Made by a program: the position numbers and the translations under genes. Below are positions 1-14,789 of a stretch of 64,000 nt of DNA, piece by piece. Positions within the stretch are counted from its first letter, which is position 1; every line of letters starts with the position of its first letter. The stretch is from the human T2T-CHM13v2.0 reference genome, Homo sapiens. Where the stretch lies: NCBI RefSeq assembly GCF_009914755.1, contig NC_060947.1. One strand, given 5' to 3'. Below the pieces are notes generated by a model. That model saw only the letters and a list, made by a program, of their open reading frames with translations. It made no database searches and was not told where the DNA came from.

Positions 1-532
1 AGAGGTTGAGTAAGATAGCACTGAAGAATGTCCATTGGATTTAGTAACAAGGAGGTTGTGGAGAGCAGTTTGAGTGGAATGTTGGGGGAGGCACCTTGGG
101 TGTCTGCCAGTGGGTGAGAAGTGAAGTGATAACAGAAATCAGACCAGAGGACATACACTCACAATTCACAAAACAAAAAATACAAAGGGTGAGAAAAATA
201 ATATATATGAAAAAATAGAATGAGATAGCTATTTTTTTTAACCAGTCAAGTTGGCAAATACAGACAATTAATATATTGTCATCCACACATTGTTAGTGGA
301 AGTATCATTTGATACAACTTTGGAAAGAAATTTGACATTAATAAAAAAAGTTGTTAAAATATTTATGCCCTTTAATATCACAATTGTGTTGTTTTCTTGG
401 CAGAGAGGAAAATACATTCCCCCCTATTTCTTTTTGTTTTTGTGTTCTCTCTTATCACCCCATAGTAACTATTTGGAGGTGAGAACACCATGAAGACTTC
501 CAAAGGTAGGAGGGGATTTTTCTTATTTTGAA

Positions 533-672
533 TTGTTGTTGTTATTTATTTATTTATTTATTATGGCAGGAATGCCCTTTATTGGTTACAACGAGAAGTG
601 GAAGAGTAGGGGATAGGACAGCTCGCGATCCTGGGGCAGAGTCCTCAGACTTGGTTGCTCGCCACCCTGTCT
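533..672 (-). pseudogene. Probable short 5'-truncated retrocopy of an unidentified mRNA 3' end
   Basis: Minus strand reads a GC/CpG-rich ~100-nt segment, then AATAAA (tttatt at 578-583), then ~14 nt and an A-rich (TAAA)n tail (533-563). Confidence 0.5.
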
Positions 673-1591
673 GTTATTTTATTTTAAACAGTGGAGCAAA
701 TGGTTTTCTTTGGGAGTGCTGGGATGTCAAGCCAGGTTGACAGAAGTCCCATCTGCTGGAGGACATGCTACCACAGGCTTAGAAAAAACTGAAGAAAATT
801 TGGAGACTAATAGGCTGAAGAACCTTCAAATACAGAAGGGGAGATGAAGCCTGCTTTTTTTCTCCCACTGAAAACAAAAAACAAAATAAAACCCTTTGGG
901 AGGTAGAGAAATTCACCTTGTCATGGTGGGAAATTAAAAGATAAGGCTACTGATTTAAAATATAGAGGAAGGATAAAAGTGATGGAGAGAGCCAGGCCAC
1001 ACAAATAATTTTCTTCCTTGATTTCTAAGGGACTTCAAATATATTTCCTAGCAGCAGGAGCAATAAAAGAAAAAGGAAAGGGAAATATCCTTGAAGATTA
1101 TTTTTTCGTCCCAATTATCCAGATCTCGTATGAGCAAAGTCAGAAAGTGGTATTGGTAAAGTTAGCCTCACAAAATCAAAATAAAGCAAAATATAAGCTT
1201 CATCAAAACCAGGACTTATGTCTGTTTTTTTCATTGCTGTACTGTCACCACGTAGAAGAGTGCCTGGCACATAATAGATGCTCAATAAATAATATTTGAA
1301 ATTAAAATGAAAATCAAATGGAAAATTTGAGCCCAATACTGCTTGAAATGTGATCTTGGCCCTTAATTACTTTCTATGATTGGTATGGTCTGGGGACCGA
1401 GGGTTACATTTGCCAAAACTGACAGCCTCCATAGCAAGAGGAGTGAAGTGTGGGTTGTTGACAGAACCTGAATTTTTAATTATGATGATTATTGTTACTT
1501 TAAATCTTCTTAACAACAAAAGCAAAACCTGGAGCCATTTGATAGCAGTTGTTTCTTTGTTCTTTTTTTCTTTTGGAATGCAATGCCATAA

Positions 1592-1923
<332 letters not shown>

Positions 1924-2469
1924 ATAGATACTATTTTTAAACTGATGTCGTTATCTCATTCTGTGTAAAGAGAAGAGAAGGGAGAACACTATCCAGTCAC
2001 AAAACTTGTGTTAGCATTAATTGGGGATTATTATAATGTGCACAGCAGTTTTTACTTTTTCTAACGTGCAACCATGTGATTTTAAGAAGAGGCAATCACA
2101 ACTACAGAATAGGGAAAGAGAAAATGCTCCCAAAGAACTGCATTAAGAATAAAATTTCTTAAGTTTTTTTGTTCCTATAGCAAATTTGGATATAGGAACC
2201 AATGTTCAAGTGTACATGGAGGAACTTGCAGTACTTTTTTATTATCTCTTGGCCGCCACCTTCTTTTCCTGTACTTTAAATAAATTGAATTATGTTCTTT
2301 AAATAAGTTGAAGGATGAATGAAGGAATTTCCCTACTAAAACGTTTACTGTTATAAAGCCAACAAGATGCAAAAGGGAATTTAACGTAACATTTAGAAAT
2401 GAGATTGTATGACTAACAGCAAAAAAACACAACTATGCCGGCTTTTTTTTTACCCTGATTGCCAGCAAT

Positions 2470-4130
2470 CTGTAGTTTAGGCCACTGACTCCTTGAAATG
2501 CTCTATTGTCTTAATTTTCTGGATAGAATTCTCATGTAGTTTTCCACTTATGTCTTTGGCTTCCTTCTTTCTCTCTCTCTTGTTTACAGGTTAATCTCAT
2601 CCTAGCCAGTTTTAGGGTATTGCTTCTCAATCTGTGCTCTTTCCTTAGGAGATCTTCTCCATGTCTAACACTTGAAATACCACCTTACTCAGATAACTTT
2701 CAAAATTTTATCTCTAGGACAAGTTGTTCCTCTAGCTCCAGGCTTTTAGAGTGAACTGCCGTGTGATATATCTTCTTGTCCTGAAGGTACCTCAAACTCA
2801 TTATATTCAGAAGTAAAATCATAATTTACCTCTCCAAACGATGGTCTGTACCCATAGCACCACTATCTATTCTGGCAGGCAAGCCTAAATCATCTCTGAT
2901 ACTTCTTTCCTCTCTTTTCCTTACCATATTCAATTCATCAGTAACTCTCTCAATTTCTCCTAAAAATCTCTCACTTTTGTTTCTCTCTGGCTATTCCACC
3001 ATTAGTCTAGTACAATCTACTATCTCTTACCTAGACAACTTCAAAACCCAATAAGTCATCTTCCTGCACCTGCTTTTGCCCCATTTCAGTCCATTTTCCA
3101 CAGTGCAATCATTTCAAAATACAGACATGAACATATAATGCTCCTTGCCACCAATCTTGGGGGAAGTTCAAAGTCTTAACAAGGCATTGAATTATCTACC
3201 TTTACCCACACCCTCCAGTTTCATCTCACTTTGAGCTTGCCTCAGCATCTTGTACTCCAGGTACACTAGCTTTCCTTTAATCCCTGTTCTCTCTAAGCAT
3301 CTTCCTGCCACAGGGCCTTTGACCATGCTTTCTTCTTGGCTTGGAAAGTACTTATCTCATTTTCCCTAGTTAACTCACACACATCATTCAAATCTTAGCT
3401 TATTTTTCTTAAGAAAGGCATTTATGACTTCCTTGACTTGGTCGGCTCCTCCTATCTTATATGCTTGTATTCCATTGTGTTACTCTTTCTTATGTTTCTC
3501 ACAATTTTTAACAATACATCTTTAATATACCTGTGTTATTACCTGCCTCCTTCACTAGAGTCTAAGCTACATGAGGACAAGGATTGTGGGTAGAGGTAGC
3601 TAGCTGCCCAGTTTCCACAGTTTAGAGTGGCTGTCCAGTCAGGAATTAAATTTCTTGGACCACTGCAGTTTAACACTAAGAAGAATTAAATTTCTTAGAC
3701 AAATGAATTGAATTTCTAGCCAAATGAATATGATTGGAAGTGATGTGTGCCACCTCAGATCTCAGCTGCTTAGTCTTCCACAATGTCCCTTCATGTGGAA
3801 GTGACCTCTTCCATTATCTTTTCCTCTTCTTGCCAGCTAGAATGGAGATAAGCCTGAGAGTGACTTTGGAAACCATATGTTAAAAGAGACTGAGCCTCTG
3901 TCAGCTTATGTCCCTGATTGACTATAATATGAAGGACTACTGACATGCCAACCTATTGACCCACTGGTACTGTTACATGAAGAAATGCACAACTTACATT
4001 TGTTTCCTACAGCAGTTTCCCTACCCCAACTATTTCAGGGATGATGTTTGTCTTCTTCACCACTGTATCTCTAGTGTCACCACAGTGCTTTGCACATGGT
4101 AGATACTCATGAGCTATTGTTCAGTGAAAT
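2470..4130 (+). mobile_element. L2 LINE 3' part, interrupted by an MLT1 LTR
   Basis: Pyrimidine-rich L2-like body ending in the typical ctgtatctctagtg...cacatggtagatactca 3' terminus. Confidence 0.65.
3587..4035 (+). mobile_element. MLT1 (MLT1I/J-like) MaLR LTR
   Basis: Motifs ggaagtgatgtgtgccac and gactttggaaaccatatgtt; splits the L2. Confidence 0.6.
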
Positions 4131-4643
4131 AGAAAATAAAGTAGTCTTTCAATAAATATTTGTTATAAAGTGATATTATTTTTATATCTACACATTAAAA
4201 GTGGTTTATAATTGCTTGAAGAAAATGGAATAGACATACAAATAGTAGACTTTTGACTGAAATGAACAACCAATTTGAGTTTTTGAAGTAATTTCTGCTT
4301 AGTAACAGTAGTGAAACAAAATGGATGGCAAGGTGCATGTGAAAAAAAGGTGAATCAACTAAGGTAAAAGGGTGTATGGTCATATCAAACAAATATTGTG
4401 AAGTCTTAAGTCTAACACTTAGGAAATATATTATTCAAAATAAAATTTGTTTTGCAGTATGTACAATCATAATGTAGTCTTTTATGGTATTCACTGTTGT
4501 AAAACTTGAGAAAAAAATTAAATTGTTCTATGGTGAGATTACTTTTGGTTCTCCGTTTACAGATTTTGTCTGTGTTGGGTGAGGTGCCATGTTTGCATCC
4601 ATTTGTGTTGGTTGGATCTATTAGTGTGTTTATCAGAAATGAA

Positions 4644-4680
4644 TGTGTGTGTGTGTGTGTGTGTGTGGGTGTGTGTGTGT
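4644..4680. repeat. (TG)n microsatellite
   Basis: Direct reading. Confidence 0.95.
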
Positions 4681-4711
4681 TCTTGAAATCCTTGTTTAGT
4701 GGTCCAGGGGC

Positions 4712-5408
4712 TAAGAAGGGGGTGATTCCTTTCCTCCCCACCATAAAGGTCATGACTACCACCTCCATAACAAAAGACAGTTTAACCAGGGAAAAGCCCA
4801 GCAAATTTATTTGGTCATACTTTTACATGACACAGACACCTTCAGAATAAAGACCCAAAGATGCAGAGAAAACTGTCTATTTCTATGCTTAGGTTCAATG
4901 AAGCAAGGGCAGCCATATAAAACTGTGATTAGATAAAAAGGGTATGAACTAATAGAAACAGACTGAGTGGGAGAAACCTAGCAAGGCCTGTCTGTTCAGA
5001 TTCTTCTTGGCCTCTCTGTTCTAGCATTTTTTCTTCCTGTGTATGAGATAGGACCTTTGTGGAATGAGGGTCTTAATTTCCTTATGTCCAGTTCTTTCTT
5101 ACACAGAAAAATGGGGGAAAATTAGAGTAACATTTTTAGGGTTTATGATTGGCTTTGGAGAAAAAGGGTACTGATTTCTACCGTGTGCCTTGAGGAGGAG
5201 GGATTCTAGTTTCTGTGGCTAGTCTAGAGGGGAAACAGGTTCTGGTTTCTATGATCAGTCTTGGGAAAGAGGAATTTTCATTTCTATGGCTTGCCTTAGG
5301 GAAGAATGAGGGGCAGGAGACAAGAGGGCAGAAAGTCAAAGAGGAACTTCACTTCTGAGGCTGCTTCTGAGGCCTTCACTTTAGGGTATTGTTTTCTGAA
5401 TCCCAACA
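4712..5408 (-). mobile_element. MER39-family ERV1 solo LTR
   Basis: Minus strand starts tgttgggattcagaaaacaataccctaaagtgaaggcctcagaagcagcctcagaag, matching the MER39 5' end. Confidence 0.8.
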
Positions 5409-6717
5409 GTGGAATGTAAGGGTTACCTAACTCTGTTGTTTAGAGAAGAGCTGGTTGTGCAAGAGAAACCATCAAGAATTTGCACTTCACTCCAGGAATC
5501 ACAAATTCACCATTGAAGAATCCAGGAAGGCGTTTCTGTGGTGGGAATAAATTAGGTTTTCAGTTATTGGCAGGCACCTGTTTTGGTGAGAATGTGTGTA
5601 TGGGAGCTTGCACACTTGTGGGCCAGGAGTGTGCAAGTGTGTCTACACAAGTGCGGCTGGGGAGGGTGGGGGCCCCAGTCATCCAGGTGTCAGGGTAGAA
5701 GGTGGTGTGTCAGTTGGGTGGCGTGGCTTTTACTTTCCCTTTTTGTCCGCAAAGGCTATCCCTGGGAGACGATACACCACCCCTCAGCCTACCCCATTTC
5801 CCCAGTTTTGGGGAGGACCCTGATTTTAGTCAGTGGCCTCTGTCCTGCGTGTATACTATGTCCCCTTTTCTGCAGAGCCCCAGTGGCCTAGGTAGCTTTA
5901 GGAAGGAGCTGGATGAAGAGCGGGAAGAGGCAGGAGGCAGGTCAGGGCTTGCATGGAATCGTGTGATTCTGTTGTCTTCAGGGTGCTTATTCCCGGTTAA
6001 TGTGTCAGTGGGGAGTGATTCAAGCTGCTGTGTGCTAGAAGGACCTGAAGAGTGTGCCACTTACATGGCTGCCATTTTTATTTATAATTCACCTCTGTTT
6101 TGTACTTGCTGTTCTCTGACTGTGCCCTGTACTTTCCCAACTAGATGCTCATTCTGCTGAGTAGAATCTCCTCTTCCTTTTCCCTCTATAAATACTCTGT
6201 TTTCTCCATTTAAAAGTAATAAGAATATTTTGCTAGTTGCTTACTATGTACAAGGTCTATTACCTCTATTTTCTCATCTAATCCTCATGAACATTTTATT
6301 CAGTGATTCTAAATTATCTCCATTTTATGTATGAGAAAGCTGAGGCTCTGAGTCTTTAAGTAACTTAGCCTCAGTAAGAAAGCTGGCAAGTATCAGGGCT
6401 AGAGTTTTGCTGAGAAACCTGACAAACTGGTTTCTGATATGTCCTGCTTTGTGAAATGATACTTCCTTCATGAAGTCATTTTTGATGTTCCCACCAAGAT
6501 GTGATCCCTTCTTGCAACTTCCTGTGCATTCTTTATATGGTTCTGTTATCATATTCTGTACTTTGTTATGAATATGTGTATTTCTCTGACGCAGACTATG
6601 AACTCTTTGAGGGCAAGGACTGTATCTACCCATCTTGTTCTCCCCTTAAATGACTTTAGGAAAGTCACTTAACTTCTGAGTTAGTCCACCTTTATAGTGT
6701 GAAAAGGTTGGCCCAAT

Positions 6718-7010
6718 CAGTGGTTGCTAACTCAAATGAGTATAGGGATCAAACATGCAACAAATAATTGAGATGGCCTATTTGGCTGAGACATCCTGAA
6801 GAGCACAGCTCTGTTTCAAGGGAGTGGCAGCTACACAGTTCCTACTGACTGACTGTGGCCACGCTGGAATGTTGGGCTGGTGTTGCCAGATCTTTTGATT
6901 TTCCAAGAGAAATCAGAAAACTGGATTTTAAAAAAGTGATATCTCTTGATTTTTAAATGTTAGGTCAATTAAAATACAGACTAGTTTTATATGGGCTGGA
7001 TCTGAGTCAA
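6718..7010. mobile_element. MER102-like hAT-Charlie DNA transposon
   Basis: ctaactcaaatg... start and gtgttgccagatcttttgattttccaagagaaatcagaaa core. Confidence 0.65.
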
Positions 7011-7215
7011 TGACTGGTAGATATTTGTTATGTAGAATGAGAATTCTATGTAAATGGATATTCTAATACTTATCGACTATTTTCTAGAAATCAACGCTAT
7101 TATAGGTACAATTTCCTATAATATTTAAAGGTTAAAAAAAAGGAGAAGAAATATCAAACCACTAAGGTTTTACTAACATTTTGGAGCAACAGACATATAT
7201 TTAAAAACTAGTCTA

Positions 7216-7530
7216 GGCTGAGTGCGGCGGCTCACTCTTGTAATCCTAGCACTTTGGGAGGCCAAGGTGGGCAGATCACCTGAGGTCAGAAGTTCAAGAG
7301 CAGCCTGGCCAACATGGTGAAACTCTGTCTCTACTAAAAATACAAAAATTAGCCGGGCGTGGTGGCACATGCCTGTAATCTCAGCTACTCAGGAGGCTGA
7401 GGCAAGAGAATCACTTGAACCCAGGAGGTAGAGGTTGCAGTGAGCCAAGACCGCGCCACTGCACTACAGTCTGGGTGACAGAGTGAGACTCCTCAAAACA
7501 AACAAACCAAAATAACCCAAAATAAACGAA
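7216..7530 (+). mobile_element. AluS
   Basis: Full dimeric Alu; TSD ctagtcta. Confidence 0.93.
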
Positions 7531-9092
7531 ACCTAGTCTAAAAGCCTTATTCTCTAATTATCTGTATGTATATTTATAAGCATGTGTAATTTAAGTATAT
7601 GTAATTTAGATATGTATTACTGAATAGGTACACATGTACTTTTATACAGAATTTACAAATTTATATTACATTTTAAATTTATATGAATCTACTTTTGCAT
7701 TTATAGAATATGTAAATTTATGTCATAGATTTAAAAAAATTCTAAAGTCTCAGATTCAATTTCAGTTGAAAGAGGTGGAAAACTGGACAATTATCTCATT
7801 GCTTTGATACTCCAATTCCCTAAACTAGGCAAACCTTGGAAAATAAATGGCTTAACATTGTTTTCTGCCTTTGCTAGAATTTGAAATGACTATTTAATCT
7901 GTTTTGGTCATATCCTATATGCTAAGAATACTTTTGAGAAGCTACATGTTGACAAGAATAAAAATGAACTAGATCAGCCCCTTCCAGTACATGCAAAACA
8001 ATAGAAACGTTTTTCAAGTTTTATTGCAAGAGCTCTGAGTTTCTCAGGTCACTAGAGCTTTATGCTGAATATCACTATTGATAAACATCTAAAATTTGAT
8101 ATAAAGAACTCACTATGGACATGGCACAGCATGATGTATTGTGGGGATATAAAGACAGGTAACATTTTCAAGGAGCCATAGTTTAGTCAATTTCAAGTAA
8201 GAATGAATGTATTTGACACTATTTCACCAGCTTCTCAAGATTACCCAGGAGAATATAGGAATTTCCTCCCTGGATTGGCTTTAAGAATAGGCTAGACATT
8301 AATTTGATTAAATGGCATGCTTATTTTCTTTCTAACTTTGTTGATGCTCTGTGTTACAAGTTATTTGGGGGTAAGAGTAATAAGAGTATTGTCTTAAAAG
8401 AAAATAACTTCAAATTTCTTTCTTTTGGAGTTTCTTCTAGGTTGCAGGTTGCATTTTTAGTAAAAAGTAAACAGAGATGGTTATAAATTAGCCAGAAGAA
8501 TGACCAGAGGGAGAGAATTAATACAATCTCCATGACATTCCACAGATTAGACAATGTTGGAACTGGAAGGGACTTCTGCAGTTTCTTGGTAATTATTCTA
8601 ACCCTCTAAAGGAGTTAGACTACTTATCTCCAAGACCCTTCATAGCTTACTTGATAAATGGGGCAGCTGGGGCCCAGGTCGAAGTTTATGTTTACTGTGG
8701 ATCTCTCTCAGGGGAAAGGGAAACGGAGCTGATGATTAAAATACATAAATGAATTTGGATAACTTAAAATCGGTGGCAGTTTACATGTCACTTCAAATAA
8801 ATGAGCAGAATTCACCTAGTGCTTGAGATCCTAGAGATAAGTTTTCGGACATATATATTTCTTTATTCTTAAACTCATTCTAACATATCTTGGCTATCTA
8901 TGTGGAAAGAATCAAACCAATAAAACCAAATACCCCTAGCTCAGTGCCTGGCTCATTGCTGGTACTCAACATACATGTGTTTGGTGGCCCTGGGCAGTGA
9001 TGGTCACTGTAGATTTTATTTTTCATGTTTTTAGTCTAGGTGTCTAACTACTGGCAGTGGAAGAAACTTTGTGATATTAAGAGTAAGTGTTC

Positions 9093-9388
9093 AGCCGGGT
9101 GCGGTGGCTCACGCCTGTAATCCCAGCACTTTGGGAGGCTGAGGGGAGTGGATTGCCTGAGGCGAGGAGTTCAAGACCACCCTGGCCAACATAGTGAAAC
9201 GCCGTCTCTACTAAAAATACAAAAAATTAGCTGGGTGTGGTGGCGGGCACCTGTAATCGCAGCTACTTGGGAGGCTGAGGCAGGAGAATCACTTGAACCC
9301 TGGGAAGTGGAGGTTGCAGTGAGCCGAGATCATGCCACTGCACTCCAGCCTGAGCAACAAGAGCAAAACTTCATCTCAAAGAAAAAGA
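9093..9388 (+). mobile_element. AluS
   Basis: Full Alu; TSD taagtgttc. Confidence 0.93.
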
Positions 9389-9939
9389 GAATAAGTGTTC
9401 TTTGACTCAAGCTTGTAATTCTTTTTGAGACAGAAACTAATTGAACAATTATTTTGATTTTTCATCACAAAACTGCTACAAAAGGTTATATTTGACTTAG
9501 ATATAATTTTTGCTAGATCTATAAAAAGAAAAATTAATTTTTCCCTGGGATTTTATGACCTACCAAAATTAGACAAATACACAAAACAAATACATATGTA
9601 AAAGTTCATCAAGCTCCAGACTTCCTTCATCTGTTTAAAGGGTAATGATGAATGTCAGGGAAGAGAATGAACTTGTATGTATTGTTCCCATTGTTCAGCA
9701 CAGCTGGGAATAGGAAACAGGTGGTATTAAGTTTTAATCTTTCTCCTTTCACATCAGAATATTCATACGTATGGTTTTTTAAAAAAATTCAGTGGGGGAA
9801 TGGTATGCACTTTACTATTAATTGTGACAGAATTAATGGTGACTATTTCATGTGAACTATTTAATAATTATGACTTTGCTTTTATGCTTTTCCTTTACAT
9901 ACCTATTGCAACAATCTCTTACCAACACTATTTTTATTA

Positions 9940-10278
<339 letters not shown>

Positions 10279-10465
10279 TTATAGCTTTAGTGGTTATAAC
10301 AGGAAGCTCTAGAGAGATAGAAGGTACGTGTCTGAGTCTCTACCTTTTGCCGGCTGTGAGACTTCTGTAATGTTATTTATTTCATCAGTGGCTCAGTTTC
10401 CTTATAAACAAAGTGGGGGAATATATTACAACTTCACTGATAGTACGGTTGTGAGGGATAAATGA

Positions 10466-10775
<310 letters not shown>

Positions 10776-11342
10776 AAATGAGACAATTTTTAAAGCTCTT
10801 AGCCTAGTGCCTGACATGACGTTATAGCCAAAACTAATTTCCTTTCTGCCCCATACACTACTTAGCATCTCAGTGCCATACATTTACTACCCCCACAGAA
10901 ATGGCTCTTCACTCTTTAATGCCACAACCTTTCAATTCATCATAATCTTGCTCAAAACTCGCCTATTCCATGAAATTGCCTCATTTACCCCATTTAATTT
11001 AGGACCCCCCATTATTCTGGAGCCTCTTTTCAGCATTCACATTATCACTTTGCACAATCCTCTGCATCTGCAGATATATAGCTTTGTAATTGTTCTTGAG
11101 TCGTTTTCTGCATGTTTTGCCCCCTACACTAACTAGTTTCAAAGCTCTTCAGGGGCAGTGAGGAATTCATCTCCTACTTTGTAACACCCTTCCTATATCA
11201 TCCTTGGCCCAAGCCTTGAGAACATAGTTTCAAATCTTGATGAATAAATGAATCAATGATATGTAATGAAATTACATTTTGCGGCTATGAGAAGAAAAAT
11301 ATCAAATAGATGCAATTTTATGCCTATGGCCTAAAACAGCAG

Positions 11343-11668
11343 GGCCGGGCACGGTGGCTCACACCTGTAATCCCAGCACTTTGGGAGGCCGAGGCAGGTG
11401 GATCACTTGAGGTCAGGAGTTCGAGACCAGCCTGACCAACATGGAGAAACCCCATCTCTACTAAAAATACAAAAATTAGCTGGGTGTGGTAGCATGTGCC
11501 TGTAATCCCAGCTACTTGGGAGGCTGAGGTGGGAGAATCACTTGAACCAGGGAGGTGGAGGTTGCAGTGAACCAAGATCATCCACTGCACTCCAGCCTGG
11601 GTGACAGAGCAAGATTCCATCTCAAAAAAAAAATTAATAATAAATAAATAAATAATAAATACAATAAA
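11343..11668 (+). mobile_element. AluS
   Basis: Full Alu with A/(TAA)n tail; TSD taaaacag. Confidence 0.93.
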
Positions 11669-14399
11669 ACAGGAGAGTGGGTGTTCTGACAATGAACAAA
11701 TATTTGTGATTATTTTTATATTTTATGAAATGAGAATGAAAGAGGAAAATGCATCATTGTGTGACTGCAATAGCAATGTTAGCATAACAAATATATCACA
11801 TTACAAAATGTTCTTTTGTCACAGAATGAGTGTCAAAACTATGATACAGCTATGTAACCTTGGACACGTTAATTAACCTCTCAAGTGTTCAGTTTTTCCA
11901 TGTGTAATATAATTGAGGAGTTGGATTATATTGCCTGTCTGCTCTCAATTCTGCCATTTTATAGTTTTCAGATTACATACTTCAGCTTAAATTGGCAGTG
12001 TGGCAGTGTGTGTATGATGTGAATTCTGAGGATGTGATGTCTTAGTAGTCACCAACTGGTGCCTTTTGCGGGGGCTCCCAGTATGTATTAAACATATGTG
12101 GCTCGTGTCTCGAGTACATGATGTTATGATCTGTTCCCAGAGAGACCAAAAGATTCTAGGGCTAGGATAAACAAGATTCAGCACTTTCTAGGAGGCTAAG
12201 GATGATGAAAGAAAGAGAAACTGAAGAAATAATTTTTAGTTCAGGAGTAGAATGAAACAGGTAAAACAAGGCCAGCATTTGCTTTACCAAGAGGTAGGCA
12301 TCTTTCCTCACTCCCTCTCTCCCCTTCATTTACCTCTCTACACCCCAGGGATCCTCCCCCCAACCCCCTGCCACCAAAAATGAAAGTTATCATTAACTAC
12401 AATTCATGACTCGAAGTTATCATTTAAAAATTATTACGCTTAAGCATAGAGACTTGGCTATTTCTTTAAAAAGGCATGTAAAAATTTTATTAACACATGA
12501 AAGTAGAAAGAAATGTACATTTATACCAAGTAATACAAATCACTTGCAAATCTGCCAGTGCCCTAGGTTAGTGAGATTAAAGAATCATAAGAGACTAATG
12601 AGGGATTTATTCTCCAAACACCAGCCCAGAATAAAAAAAAAACAGACTGTATTGATTCATAAAAACATTTGTTCCTAATGATCGAGTGAAAATTACTTAT
12701 TCAAAAACATCTCTCTGCCGTGCCTTTTTTTTTTAAAAAAAAGCAAAAGGTCTCTATCATGACTAGATTATGCTTTTCATAAAAATGGAAATCATTTAAA
12801 TGTATAAATGAAAATATGGAGAATATGTGTGGTATAAGAGATCTTCCATAACGAGAACCAGTTTTTGAAAATATGTAGTTTGCCATGTAATAATAAACCA
12901 AAATGGAGTTTTAGAGCTTGGCACCTTATGTAGCACACTGAACATATGTCTGCAATCAAAAGATTATCTAAAATTCTTACCATTTAGCTATCCCTGACAT
13001 AAAATAACTATAGAAACATGCTGTTGTATCCCCATGGGCCAATGAGTGGAGCTCAAAAGAAATAGAGAGAAGGAACCTGAGAAATTTCTCTAGGATGGTT
13101 TACGGCCTCAAGGGAACGACAAGCCTCTTACCAAAAGACTGAGAGAAAAAGAACAAGAGTTTCTATAGGTCAAGAGAACATGTAGTGAAAGTAAAGCCAG
13201 AAGAATAAGGTTGAGGTCAGAGAGTGGGATATTGGAGTCAAGGATTTCTGATATAGAGTAGTTTTGGGGAATGGCAAGAAATACAGTTCCACTATGGTAG
13301 TGAGTAGGTGGAGTGTGATGGAGGTAAATGTCACAGGAGTTAGAGGCTTAAGATATTGTAAACACAGGGTGCTGAGTGGACTGACAATTCATAGGGATCT
13401 TTATTGATTGAACAAATAGTGAGGGCCAATTGTGTGGAAAGTATTGTAGAAGATATAACCATAAATGAGGAAAATACAGTTCCTGACTTCATAGAACTTC
13501 CATTCTAGCGGAGGAGACAACTAATTTCATCACAATATAACCAATGTTACTTCTCAGAAAACAAAGAAATACATTTAGGCAAAGTACATATTTCCTCTCT
13601 GGTAGCAAATAATAATGGGATTATCTCTAGGAGGCTTGTCTTTGCTCATCATTTTTCTATCATTTTTCAAGTCAAAAATCATTTTCAGGAAGCTATAGTT
13701 ATAAATCCCAGTTCCTAGATGAAAATAAAATAGACTCAGAGAAGTTAGGTGATTTACTCTGTCATATAGCTAGTGAGTGGCAGAGCTAGGATTCAAAACT
13801 GGATCTGTCATAGTTGCAGTCCTGCTATGGTGATGTAAGGTAACTACAGCCTATTTTTCCAGTAGACTGTAACTGAAAACTATGGAAAAACACACACAAA
13901 AAAAACCATCTACTTGAGGGCTCCAAGAAAGTTAATAAAACAGGAAGATAATAAAAGAAAGTCAAAATTGGAAGAAATAACGTGCATGGTGGTTAGTTTT
14001 ACTTTTTTTTTTTTTCTTGTGTTCTTTTGTGCCAAGGTTGGGTCCCAGTCACATAATGCTGTGGTGATGTCGAAGGTTAAAACTCGGATAGAAATCTCAT
14101 CAACTTTCTGGTCAAAGAAATAAGGGAAATGAGCCCCACAAGGCTGGAGAGTGTGAGAGGAATTACAAATGGAAGAAAACTGAAGGGGGTCCCCTAATTC
14201 TGCAAAAATCACAGCTGAATCCCTGAGCTATTCATGCTTGGGATAGACCATAATGAGCAAAGTAAAGGCTTTGAGAACTAAAGTGAGATCATAACCACCC
14301 ATACAAGTCTTGGGTTAACCTTGAATAATGCCTTCGATGGACAGATAAAAATAAAAAGAGCTAATTCTTAGAGGAATAACATAAAATCCAATATTTCAG

Positions 14400-14775
14400 A
14401 AACTTAATGAGGTATGATTTACATACTATAAAATTCACCTGTTTAAAATTTAGAACTAAATGATTTTTGAGAAATTTACTGAGCTGTGCAACCATCACTA
14501 CAGTTTAGTTTTGAACATTTCCTTCACCCCAATAAGATCCCATTTCCTGACTACAGTTAATCTCTATTCTTATCTCTACTCCCAGAAAACTACTAATCTA
14601 CTTTTTGTCTCTATAGATTTGCCTTTTCTGGACATTTCATATGAATGGAATCATACAAAACATAGTATTTTACATCTAGCTTCTTTCACTTAGCATAATG
14701 TTTTTTAGGTTCATCCATATTGTAGCATATATCAGTATTTTGTTATTTTTAATGGCTGAAAAGTATTCCATTATA
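14400..14775 (-). mobile_element. Old L1 (L1MB/ME-type) 3' UTR fragment
   Basis: ctactttttgtctctatagatttgccttttctggacatttcatatgaatggaatcatacaa signature. Confidence 0.8.
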
Positions 14776-14789
14776 TGGCTATTCCACCC

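Noticed and set aside
1018-1299. 93-aa ORF containing YFLAAGA
   Set aside because: Non-ATG start, no splice context, ends in an L2 3' end; any resemblance to a real protein is too short to support
5480-6160. Several overlapping ORFs
   Set aside because: Expected from higher GC content; no recognisable domain or consistent exon structure
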